64,000 bases of DNA, taken from contig CAZICU010000001.1 in assembly GCA_964537905.1 (NCBI GenBank), forward strand, positions 15,046-79,045, read 5' to 3'. This document shows positions 1 through 8,871 of this stretch, piece after piece. Positions within the stretch are counted from its first letter, which is position 1, and each line of letters begins with the position of its first letter. A program made the position numbers and the translations under genes. The notes under the pieces are model-generated. The model did no database searches and had not been told where the DNA came from. It saw nothing but the letters and a program-made list of their open reading frames with translations. This DNA comes from an uncultured Gammaproteobacteria bacterium (GTDB lineage Bacteria > Patescibacteriota > Microgenomatia > UBA12405).

Positions 1-1378
1 CACTAGAACGACAGATTTGTACATAATCTCCATTACACCGTTTATCTCCAATAGGTGTACATTTAGTCAAGGTACAAGAACTAGTATTACATTTCCAGGT
101 AAATTTCGTTGGTTCTTCAACTGGATTTTGTGCCTGTAAACCACTCTTACATCCATATGCAGTTCCATAATCACACCAATCACCATCAGCAGGAGCTGAT
201 AAGGTGCATTTACAACAAGATTTAGTACTACATGCAGAATTACTAGTATTTACAGACTCACATAAACTTTTAATTCCCAAACATTGATCCGCCGGAACTT
301 TACCTGCAGGACAAGTTTCACAATTTGAAACTACATCACATCCAGTAGCAGTCATACAATCTGATTGATTAGTATAAGTATAATCACTAGTAGTTCCACT
401 AGTACAATTATAATCACCAGTACTTGTATTACAGGTACCTTTTTTCCATTTGTATGTAGTTTTAAGTGAAGACGCACAACAAAAAGCACCAGCCTCATTA
501 CAAGTTTTATCAGGTACAGAAGTAAAAGTAGTAGTACTACCAATATTTGCCGTCATTTGAGCACAACTACCATTTTTTTCTGACCAACAATTTAAGTTAG
601 TTCCAGTACATTTATTAGTTGAAACTACATCACATCCAGTAGCAGTCATACAATCTGATTGATTAGTATAAGTATAATCACTAGTAGTTCCACTAGTACA
701 ATTATAATCACCAGTACTTGTATTACAGGTACCTTTTTTCCATTTGTATGTAGTTGTTTTATCACATCCAGTAGCAGTCATACAATCTGATTGATTAGTA
801 TAAGTATAATCACTAGTAGTTCCACTAGTACAATTATAATCACCAGTACTTGTATTACAGGTACCTTTTTTCCATTTGTATGTAGTTGTAGTAGTACTTG
901 GTACAGCACAACAAACAGGAGTACCTCCAGAACAACCCGCGTTTGCTATTACTTCACCATTTTCAGCATTACATATTGCTACAGTTCCAACACAAGCCCC
1001 ACCCCTAGAATTACAAGTAGATGTAGAGTTACAACACACCAAAGGACTTGCACAAAAACCAGTAGTGTTAGAAATCACTCCTCTACCCGTCGTAGTTACA
1101 CACGTCTGATTATTTTCACAAACACCACCAACTTTAGAACACTTTGACTGACAATTTGGCACTTTGTTAGCATCCCAATAACAACTAGAATTATTACTAC
1201 ACTCAGTGAGTATACCGCAAGCTGTACAATTTGTATTAGAACAACCTGTCCCAGTTGCCGCTTTACTTCTATTCTCTTGATTCTGTTGGACCAATTTTGT
1301 CGTTACCGGCAGGGCTACTGCCATTACTAACATCACTACCATTATTGCTATTGAAGCGATACCTTTTTGTTTATTCAT
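1..1378 (-). CDS. Large Cys/Thr-rich secreted or surface protein (3' end lies outside the window; missing from the ORF track)
   Basis: Manual translation from ATG at 1378: MNKQKGIASIAIMVVMLVMAVALPVTTKLVQQNQENRSKAATGTGCSNTNC...; open to position 1; N-terminal hydrophobic helix, dozens of Cys, three identical 42-aa repeats. Confidence 0.9.
   Translation of the reverse strand, partial: MNKQKGIASIAIMVVMLVMAVALPVTTKLVQQNQENRSKAATGTGCSNTNCTACGILTECSNNSSCYWDANKVPNCQSKCSKVGGVCENNQTCVTTTGRGVISNTTGFCASPLVCCNSTSTCNSRGGACVGTVAICNAENGEVIANAGCSGGTPVCCAVPSTTTTTYKWKKGTCNTSTGDYNCTSGTTSDYTYTNQSDCMTATGCDKTTTYKWKKGTCNTSTGDYNCTSGTTSDYTYTNQSDCMTATGCDVVSTNKCTGTNLNCWSEKNGSCAQMTANIGSTTTFTSVPDKTCNEAGAFCCASSLKTTYKWKKGTCNTSTGDYNCTSGTTSDYTYTNQSDCMTATGCDVVSNCETCPAGKVPADQCLGIKSLCESVNTSNSACSTKSCCKCTLSAPADGDWCDYGTAYGCKSGLQAQNPVEEPTKFTWKCNTSSCTLTKCTPIGDKRCNGDYVQICRSS
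336..887. repeat. Three identical 126-bp in-frame repeats (336-461, 630-755, 762-887)
   Basis: Direct comparison shows exact copies encoding TTYKWKKGTCNTSTGDYNCTSGTTSDYTYTNQSDCMTATGCD. Confidence 0.95.
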
Positions 1379-1918
1379 TTTTTTAATATAAAAATTACTC
1401 AATGAAAAAGTAAACCACTTTTAAAAATTTAAGTCAATAAGTCATTTTTATAATTCTATTAATTGTCTTTTCTAAATAGTAAAATCAACTAAAAAATAAC
1501 CTCTTTCAAAAAAAAATAATCCCCCCAAATTAATCCCAAAAAACATCCCTTAAAAAACACTTTAAACAATCAAAATTTACAACGTATTACAATCACCAGT
1601 CGTTGTATTACATCCTACATCTCCACAACCGATGATACTAACAAAACCAATTCCAGCTGAATTACAAGTTTGAGAATACCATTGATTCAAAGAATTTTTA
1701 AAACATTCCTTCACATTTGGAGTACAGACATTTTCTACTGTTGCTTTACTTCGATTTTCTTGAACTTGTTGAACTAACTTTATGGTTATTGGTAAAGCCA
1801 CTACCATTAATAAAACTACAATTACTGCTATTGAAGCGATACCTTTTTGTTTATTCATTTTTTTTAATATAAAAATTACTCAATGAAAAAGTAAACCACT
1901 TTTTAAAATATCTGTCAA
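1346..1918. repeat. Duplicated promoter/5' UTR/first-codons module (1346-1437 and 1826-1918)
   Basis: ~92-bp near-identical sequence tgctattgaagcgatacctttttgtttattcat...aaaattactcaatgaaaaagtaaaccactttt...gtcaa at the 5' ends of both paralogues. Confidence 0.9.
1577..1858 (-). CDS. Small secreted Cys-rich protein, paralogue of the N-terminus of 1..1378
   Basis: MNKQKGIASIAV...QQVQENRSKA followed by a single 6-Cys module. Confidence 0.85.
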   Translation of the reverse strand: MNKQKGIASIAVIVVLLMVVALPITIKLVQQVQENRSKATVENVCTPNVKECFKNSLNQWYSQTCNSAGIGFVSIIGCGDVGCNTTTGDCNTL

Positions 1919-1922
1919 CGAC

Positions 1923-2957
1923 TCACTTTAAAATTCTACTAATATCACCTACTGTAATTAACAAAATTAATCCCAAAAGCAACATCATTCCTAAATTGTT
2001 TACTACTATCTCTAATTTCTGGTTCACTTTCTTTTTAAAAATCATTTCATATAAAACAAAAATAATTCTGCCACCATCTAATGCTGGAAAAGGTAAAATA
2101 TTTACCACCGCCAAATTAACCGATACTATTCCAAAAAAATGAATCACTGCCAATAATCCCTGGTTTTTATTAATAGCCGAAGTTGCTTCATACATCCCAA
2201 TTGGACCGCTAACATCTTTTGGCACTTGTCCCATAAACAATCCCCCAATCATTTTAAATACCCCACCGGCAATAATTTTTCCCCAATAATAAGCTTCTTT
2301 AAACCCAGCCCAAATACCTTCATAGAATCGATACCAAGGTACTTTTATCATCTCTGTATTAGAAATGGCTACTCCCATACTTCCCTCACCTTCTGGTGGA
2401 TTTTCTCTCACAGCGACGGTTATTTTTTTATTATTAATTATTAATTCCACATCCTTACCCTTATATTTACCTACTTCATCAATCAATTCATTAGCTTTTT
2501 TTACTTCAATACCATTTACTTGAGTAATCACATCATTTTCTTTTAAACCAGATTTATCTGCTGGTGAATCTTTAGTTACTCCTACAATTATCACTTTATC
2601 AACTTCTTTGGGAACTCCAACTACAGTATAAACCACACTAAATATAGTTATTGCCAAAACTAAATTCATAATTACTCCACCCAAAACTATTATCATTTTC
2701 TGCCACGGTTTCTTATGATTAAACGCCTCTCCCCCTTTACCATCACCATCTTCCCCATACAATTTACAAAAACCTCCGATAGGCAACCAATTTAAACTAT
2801 AAATAGTTCCTCTTATTTTTTTACCAAAAATTCTAGGTGGCAAACCCAAACCAAATTCTTCTACTTTTACCCCTGTTTTTCGAGCAGCAATAAAATGCCC
2901 CCATTCATGAACCAAAACTAAAAGAGATAAAGCTAAAACAAAAATTAATAAATCCAT
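1923..2957 (-). CDS. rseP: RIP metalloprotease RseP (M50 site-2 protease with PDZ)
   Basis: HEWGH, LNWLPIGGFCKLYGE, PDZ, SGPIG, NILPFPALDGG motifs. Confidence 0.95.
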   Translation of the reverse strand: MDLLIFVLALSLLVLVHEWGHFIAARKTGVKVEEFGLGLPPRIFGKKIRGTIYSLNWLPIGGFCKLYGEDGDGKGGEAFNHKKPWQKMIIVLGGVIMNLVLAITIFSVVYTVVGVPKEVDKVIIVGVTKDSPADKSGLKENDVITQVNGIEVKKANELIDEVGKYKGKDVELIINNKKITVAVRENPPEGEGSMGVAISNTEMIKVPWYRFYEGIWAGFKEAYYWGKIIAGGVFKMIGGLFMGQVPKDVSGPIGMYEATSAINKNQGLLAVIHFFGIVSVNLAVVNILPFPALDGGRIIFVLYEMIFKKKVNQKLEIVVNNLGMMLLLGLILLITVGDISRILK

Positions 2958-2996
2958 AAAATCATAGTATTTAAATTAAAGTCTTTCCACAATATT

Positions 2997-3329
2997 TTAT
3001 TTTTTATTAGCACTGCAACTAACCATAATATCTGCACTCGTTCCAATACAATTCCAATCGTAACTACCATCATCAGCTTCACTATCCATCCAATTTACTG
3101 CACCAGAAGCACAAGCAACTTGAACATCAGGCATTGCCTCAACAGTTGTTCCATTAACTTCCCCACAAACAGCCTCAATCTCACGAATAATCACTGGAGT
3201 ATTTTCTTCCATTTCACTTGTTGCTTTACTTCGATTTTCTTGGCTATTTTCTGCCAACCAAGTAGTCAATGGAATCGCCACCGCTAATAACAAGGCTCCT
3301 AACATTAAATACTTATTTTTTTTACTCAT
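2997..3329 (-). CDS. Small secreted protein with QENRSKA leader and a 4-Cys domain
   Basis: TM helix then SQENRSKA; CGEVNG...CASG...YDWNCIG...CSA module. Confidence 0.85.
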   Translation of the reverse strand: MSKKNKYLMLGALLLAVAIPLTTWLAENSQENRSKATSEMEENTPVIIREIEAVCGEVNGTTVEAMPDVQVACASGAVNWMDSEADDGSYDWNCIGTSADIMVSCSANKK

Positions 3330-3363
3330 TATTTACTAAGAATAAACTAAATAAATATTTAGG

Positions 3364-3915
3364 TCAACCTCTGATTTCTTTTTCTTTTTTAGAAGCAATA
3401 TCTTCTAATTTTTTAATAAATTCGTCGGTTATTTTCTGTAATTCAGTTTCGTCTCGTTTAAATTCATCTTCCGATATTTCTTTTGATTGTTTGGCAGACT
3501 GTAAATCTGATCTAAAATCAGCTCTCGCATCGCGAATCATTACTCTTGCTCCCTCCAACTTTCTTCCCAATAATTTTACATAATCTTCTCTTTGTTCTAC
3601 TGTTAACATTGGTAAACTCATTCTAATTATTTGTCCATCGACTACTGGATTCATTCCTACATTAGCCGCCGCAATTCCATTAGAAATTTCTCTGATCAAT
3701 GTTTGATCCCAAGGTTGAAAAGTTAAAGATCTAACATCAGGCACTCCAATTGATCCCAATTCAATTAGTTTCATTTTTTGTCCACCATAAACTGTCACTA
3801 CCACATTTTCAATTAATCCCGGGGTTGCTCTACCAGTTCTGAGTGAAGCAATATCTTCTACAAATATAGAAACAATTTTGTCCATTCGGACTCTAACTTC
3901 TGCAAAATTTATCAT
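3364..3915 (-). CDS. frr: Ribosome recycling factor
   Basis: LRTGRATP, NPVVDG, LQKITDEFI; ATG 7 nt after TATAAT. Confidence 0.95.
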   Translation of the reverse strand: MINFAEVRVRMDKIVSIFVEDIASLRTGRATPGLIENVVVTVYGGQKMKLIELGSIGVPDVRSLTFQPWDQTLIREISNGIAAANVGMNPVVDGQIIRMSLPMLTVEQREDYVKLLGRKLEGARVMIRDARADFRSDLQSAKQSKEISEDEFKRDETELQKITDEFIKKLEDIASKKEKEIRG

Positions 3916-4007
3916 ATAAATCATTATACCAAAAAATATAATTTATTTTAAAAAAACTTAATCCTGTAATATTGAAAATACCTAATTTGTGGTATAAAAT
4001 ATCACAC

Positions 4008-4535
4008 ATGAGAAAAGAAACTATACCTGATATAAAAAATTTTCAATTACCCACACCATCTGTTTATAATATAGACAATATTAAAAATAGAATTAATGAA
4101 TTAGAGTCTATTTCTTTTGACTCTAGATCAACTAGTGAAACTAATTTATTAAATTATTATCAACAACTTTTTAAAGTTCCTCTTAATCCAACAGATAGAA
4201 ATTTAGAACAACAAAACAGTCTTATCAAAAAATGTTCTTTGGGTAGCAATGAATATGTAGAAGAACTATATAATACCTGTTTTATCAAAACAGATGAATT
4301 CGATCCAGAAAATAATAAATATTCCCAAATAAAAAAAATTAGTAGTTTGTTAAGTTATATTTTAGATAAAAATGAAGTGTTTGAAAATATATTAGAGTTA
4401 GTTAGTCCAATAGCCAATACAAAACCTTATAGACAAACAATTTTATCTAATTTCAGAGAATATTGGGCTCCAGACGAAGAACTAAAAAGAAAAGCAATCC
4501 TAAGAATGAAAGAAAAGTGGGATTTAGTTGATTAA
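4008..4535 (+). CDS. Hypothetical protein (orphan between tsf and frr)
   Basis: 175-aa ORF; TTGAAA...TAAAAT promoter directly before ATG 4008. Confidence 0.7.
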   Translation: MRKETIPDIKNFQLPTPSVYNIDNIKNRINELESISFDSRSTSETNLLNYYQQLFKVPLNPTDRNLEQQNSLIKKCSLGSNEYVEELYNTCFIKTDEFDPENNKYSQIKKISSLLSYILDKNEVFENILELVSPIANTKPYRQTILSNFREYWAPDEELKRKAILRMKEKWDLVD

Positions 4536-4559
4536 ACTAATAATAAAAGACAAACGATT

Positions 4560-5018
4560 TTAGATTTCGTATCTTTGAAACCTAGTTAATTTCATATTTT
4601 CCCCAAATTTGACCACTAAACCTTTTATTTTTTCTTCAATTGTAATTGAAGCATCTTTAATAAATTCTTGTTTTAAAAGTTGATCAACGTTTTCTGGATT
4701 CATTGCCGCAATTTGTAAACAGATATCTTTTGTTAATTCCATGAAATCTTCATGTTTAGCTACAAAATCAGTTTCACAAAGCAACTCAACCATAACTCCA
4801 ATTTTACCTGTAGAATGGGTATAAGTAGCTACTCTCCCCTGGTGAGTTTCTCTTTCAGTTTTGGTCTCTGCTTTTTTAAATCCTTTTTCTTTTAAAATTT
4901 GTTTGGCTTTAGTTTCATCACCATCAGCTTCTTCCAAAGCGGCTTTAATTTCCATAATTCCCAATCCAGTTTCATTTCTGATTTTTTTAACTAATTCAAT
5001 TATTTTTTTATTATCCAT
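4560..5018 (-). CDS. tsf: Elongation factor Ts, short form
   Basis: VKKIRNETGLGIMEIKAAL, ELLCETDFVA, KFGENM. Confidence 0.95.
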   Translation of the reverse strand: MDNKKIIELVKKIRNETGLGIMEIKAALEEADGDETKAKQILKEKGFKKAETKTERETHQGRVATYTHSTGKIGVMVELLCETDFVAKHEDFMELTKDICLQIAAMNPENVDQLLKQEFIKDASITIEEKIKGLVVKFGENMKLTRFQRYEI

Positions 5019-5081
5019 AATTTTTTTAAACAATTTTTAATTTTTCCATTAGCTACTTACTACTAGCTAATTACTAATTAA

Positions 5082-5999
5082 CTATTTAGTACCTGCTGCT
5101 TTAATTGCTTTTCCAATTTCTTCAACCAAAAGATTAACACTTTTAACTGAATCATCATTGGCTGGAATAGCAAAATCAACTTTATAAGGATTGGCATCAG
5201 TATCACTAATAGCCACTACCTTAATTTTTCTTAATTTAGCTTCTTTTACTGCTGTTTTTTCACAACCAGCATCAACTACAAAAAGAATATCAAATAATCT
5301 TTCTAAACTAGTCAAACCACCAACAATCTTTTCTAATCTAGCAACTTCTTTGTTCATATCCGAAAGTTCTTTTTTAGTACTTTCAACAAATTTTCCCGAT
5401 TCTAAACCACTTTTAAGATCAACTAATTTTTTGACGTCTTTTTTAATTTGATCCCAATTAGTAATTGTTCCACCTAACCATCGATCAGTTACATAAGGTA
5501 CACCAGCATTTAAAGCTACTCTTCGAACCACCTCTCTTGACTGTCTTTTGGTTCCTACTAAAACTATCTGTTTATTATTTCTTTTTTGGTTATAAATAAA
5601 ATTACAAGCTTTTTGTAATCCTTCCAAAGTTTTTACCAAATCAATTACTTCAATTCCATCTTTTTTACCATAAATAAAATCACGAGCTTTTGGATTAGTT
5701 TTAGAAACTTTATGACCTAAATGACAACCCGCATTCAATAAATCTTTTAATCCAATGGTTAAATCATAATTTTTATCTTCTTTAGCCGCCGTAGCTTTAG
5801 CCAAGGATGGCTTCTCTTCAACTGCATTCACTTTATTTTCCAAAATCTTTTTCTCTTCCAATTTCTTTTCGTTCATTTTCTTGATGTTTTCAGCTGAAAT
5901 CTTACTTTGATTTTTAGCTTTAACCACCAATGCTTTTTTAACCAAAGATTTACCGCTTCGGTTGACGGTTTTAGTTATATTTTTTTTGGCTTCTGCCAT
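5082..5999 (-). CDS. rpsB: 30S ribosomal protein S2 with long Lys-rich N-terminal extension
   Basis: LLNAGCHLGH, RWLGGTITNW, IPANDDS; ~78-aa extension. Confidence 0.95.
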   Translation of the reverse strand: MAEAKKNITKTVNRSGKSLVKKALVVKAKNQSKISAENIKKMNEKKLEEKKILENKVNAVEEKPSLAKATAAKEDKNYDLTIGLKDLLNAGCHLGHKVSKTNPKARDFIYGKKDGIEVIDLVKTLEGLQKACNFIYNQKRNNKQIVLVGTKRQSREVVRRVALNAGVPYVTDRWLGGTITNWDQIKKDVKKLVDLKSGLESGKFVESTKKELSDMNKEVARLEKIVGGLTSLERLFDILFVVDAGCEKTAVKEAKLRKIKVVAISDTDANPYKVDFAIPANDDSVKSVNLLVEEIGKAIKAAGTK

Positions 6000-6112
6000 A
6001 TTTTTTTATTCCGATTTATCGGAATCCTCCTTACTTGTCCGCCGAAATTTTAATGAAGGCGGATTAATTTCGATACCGGGTATTACTCCCAGGATTCTTG
6101 TATCGAAACAAA
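6000..6112 (-). promoter_or_regulatory. Structured rpsB 5' leader with inserted hairpins
   Basis: Stem tttcgatac/gtatcgaaa (~6067-6108), hairpin 6038-6063, SD AGGAGG 6026-6031, hairpin 6008-6025. Confidence 0.6.
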
Positions 6113-6173
6113 ATTTTTAATCTAGAAATTATAACATAACCCTATTTCAACAAAAAATTGTTAAAATACTTTC

Positions 6174-8378
6174 ATGTCTGACAATGGTTTTATTGTCCTA
6201 GAAATTCGATTACCTCAACAAAACGAGTTTACTTTTGAGGCCATGTCTTCTTTATTGTCTAATTTTACCCAATTTTCCAAACTTTCTTTTGCTGAAAAAT
6301 TAGTTGGAAAGAAAAAAACTATTGCTTCTTTAGAAATTGTTTTAAAAGATGGCCAGCTTCGTTTTTTTGTTGTTATTCCCAAAACTGAAATTGATTTTTT
6401 TAGATCTCAAATTTTAGCTCAATATTCCAGCGCTATTACCAGAGAAAGTTCTGATCACATCGCTGAATTTTTAACTCCAACTTTAACTGACCCTAACCAA
6501 CCAAATTCTCCTTTAAACATTATTTCTCCCTCTTTTACTCAACTTGGTTTAGGTAGATCTTACAGTTATCCCCTAAAAACTACTAAAGATTTCCGAGATA
6601 CTGACCCTTTAAACTCAGTTTTAGCTCCCCTATCTCGATCAAACAATATCAAAGATTTTTTTGTCTTTCAAATTGTCCTTTCCTCTGCCCCAAAAAATTG
6701 GCAAGGCAGCATTATTAGTACTATTCAAAACGGAATTTTAGTCGACAAAGAACGCAACATTCGCACCGCCCATCCTGACAAAATGATTTTTGAACAAAAA
6801 ATCCAATTTCCCGGAATTTTTGCTCAAATTAACTTTCTTTCAAATAATCCTGGTTTAATCTCTTCTGTTTCTTCTTCATTTGGAGCTTACACTAATCCTC
6901 GAGGTAATTTTATTAAAAATTATCCTCCTAATTTTTTTACTAAAAACAAACTTCTTAAAGCTATCAAAAACAGAGAAATTTTTTCTGGCCTCAAAGGTCA
7001 AATTTTTAACACCGAAGAACTTTCCGCCATTTGGCATTTCCCTAATCAAATCACCAAACTTCCTAATATTGCTTGGGGAAAAAATCTTTATTCTGATCCT
7101 CCAGAAAATTTACCAATTGCTGACAATACGACTCCCGAAGAAAAATCTCAAATTACTTTTTTTGCCAAAACTGAATTTAGAAATAAAGATTCTATTTTTG
7201 GTATCAAACAAGGAGAAGACCGTCGCCGTCATACCTACATCATCGGTAAATCAGGTACTGGTAAAACCACTCTTATTGCCAATATGGCCATTGATGATAT
7301 TCGCAAAGGTCGAGGTGTGGCTGTTATCGATCCTCATGGTGATTTATGTAACACTATTCTCGATTATGTCCCTAGTTCCCGTATTAATGATGTTTGTTAT
7401 TTTAATCCTGCCGACCCCGAATACGTTTACCCTCTCAACGTTCTTGAAGCCAAAAATGATTCTCAAAAAGAACTAATTGCCTCCGGTGTTCTCTCTATTT
7501 TTAAAAAACTTTACGGTACTGTTTCCTGGGGACCACGACTTGAACATATCTTACGCAATGCTGTTTTAACTTTAGTCAATTCGCCCGGTTCAGATCTTAC
7601 TCATATCGTTGAAATTTTAACCAATAAAAATTTTCGAGAAAAATGTGTTTCTCAACTTACCAATCAAACTCTTATCAATTTCTGGCGCAACGAATTTGAC
7701 CGTATGGATCCAAAATTTCAAAATGAAGCTGTGTCTCCTATTTTAAATAAAGTTGGTCAATTTATTGCTTCGACTAACATTCGCAATACCGTCGCCCATG
7801 CTAAATCAAAAATAAATATTCAGGAAATCATGGATAATAAAAAGATTTTAATTGCCGATTTATCTACTGGTCGTCTTGGTGAAGACAATTCTTCTCTTCT
7901 TGGAGCCATGATTATCACTCAAATTCAACTTTCCGCCATGAATCGGGTTTTTCAAGCCGCTGAAGATCGTTCTGATTTTTATCTTTACGTCGATGAATTT
8001 CAAAATTTTGCTACCGAAGCTTTTATTAAAATCCTTTCTGAAGCTCGCAAATTTAAACTTAACCTTATCATTGCCAACCAATATATGTCTCAATTAGACA
8101 GGACTATTCAAGACGCCATTTTAGGCAACGTTGGTTCTATTATTTCTTTTGTTGTCGGTAATCAAGATGCTTTTATTTTAGCCAAAGAATTCGGTTCTGC
8201 CTTCCCCCCCGAAGACTTAGTTAAAATTGGTAAATATCAAGTCATTTGTAAACTTTCTATCGATTCCGAAACCACCCAACCATTTTATGCCACCACTTTA
8301 CCTCCTTTATCTTGTAAAAATCAACAACGAGACAAACTAATCAGAACTTCTCAAGAACATTGGGGTAAAAAGAAATAA
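6174..8378 (+). CDS. VirB4/VirD4(TrwB)-like HerA-FtsK superfamily ATPase of the type common in CPR
   Basis: RRRHTYIIGKSGTGKT, IDPHGDL, LYVDEFQNF, SEARKF, ANQY. Confidence 0.85.
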   Translation: MSDNGFIVLEIRLPQQNEFTFEAMSSLLSNFTQFSKLSFAEKLVGKKKTIASLEIVLKDGQLRFFVVIPKTEIDFFRSQILAQYSSAITRESSDHIAEFLTPTLTDPNQPNSPLNIISPSFTQLGLGRSYSYPLKTTKDFRDTDPLNSVLAPLSRSNNIKDFFVFQIVLSSAPKNWQGSIISTIQNGILVDKERNIRTAHPDKMIFEQKIQFPGIFAQINFLSNNPGLISSVSSSFGAYTNPRGNFIKNYPPNFFTKNKLLKAIKNREIFSGLKGQIFNTEELSAIWHFPNQITKLPNIAWGKNLYSDPPENLPIADNTTPEEKSQITFFAKTEFRNKDSIFGIKQGEDRRRHTYIIGKSGTGKTTLIANMAIDDIRKGRGVAVIDPHGDLCNTILDYVPSSRINDVCYFNPADPEYVYPLNVLEAKNDSQKELIASGVLSIFKKLYGTVSWGPRLEHILRNAVLTLVNSPGSDLTHIVEILTNKNFREKCVSQLTNQTLINFWRNEFDRMDPKFQNEAVSPILNKVGQFIASTNIRNTVAHAKSKINIQEIMDNKKILIADLSTGRLGEDNSSLLGAMIITQIQLSAMNRVFQAAEDRSDFYLYVDEFQNFATEAFIKILSEARKFKLNLIIANQYMSQLDRTIQDAILGNVGSIISFVVGNQDAFILAKEFGSAFPPEDLVKIGKYQVICKLSIDSETTQPFYATTLPPLSCKNQQRDKLIRTSQEHWGKKK

Positions 8379-8425
8379 AACCAAACCTTGACAATCTCCG
8401 TATATGTCACTTATAATATAAAAAT

Positions 8426-8869
8426 ATGAGTGAAAAAATTATTGATATTTCCAATACAAAACAAGAATATTGGGAAAGTATTTTATCAGGAGAAGGATTA
8501 GGTGAAAATCTTTCCCCTACTAATTCAGATCAACCAAAAAATTTTCAAGACGGAAATATTGATATCAATAAAGACGATAAAGACATTGAAGGTTATTATT
8601 TCTCAAAAACCAATAATAAAGGTTGTAATGGTTGTAATCCAAGAATAATGCATTTTGAAGGATGTTGTTCAAGAGAAGTAGCTGAAAGTCATGGTTATAA
8701 GTACTACTCTGTCGAAGACCTAACCGATCATGTAATATATGACATTTGTGAATTTTTAACTCGAAACGAAGATGGAATTTGGAGATGTGAAAATTATTTT
8801 AAACGTCCCCAAAAATGCCGTTCTTTTGAATGCGATACTTCAATTGGACACAGGATTAGAAAAAATTAA
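8426..8869 (+). CDS. YkgJ-like cysteine cluster protein
   Basis: CNGC...GCC...CEFL...CENYFKRPQKCRSFEC; own TTGACA/TATAAT promoter. Confidence 0.7.
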   Translation: MSEKIIDISNTKQEYWESILSGEGLGENLSPTNSDQPKNFQDGNIDINKDDKDIEGYYFSKTNNKGCNGCNPRIMHFEGCCSREVAESHGYKYYSVEDLTDHVIYDICEFLTRNEDGIWRCENYFKRPQKCRSFECDTSIGHRIRKN

Positions 8870-8871
8870 TT

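Noticed and set aside
336-887. Possible CRISPR array or DGR template/variable repeat
   Set aside because: Repeats are 126 bp, in-frame and identical, with no unique spacers, no adenine-specific mismatches, and no cas or reverse transcriptase gene in the window
352-1147. ORF-track entries 352..543, 791..1147 and 876..1109
   Set aside because: Shadows of the real minus-strand gene 1..1378, which the track missed because its stop lies outside the window
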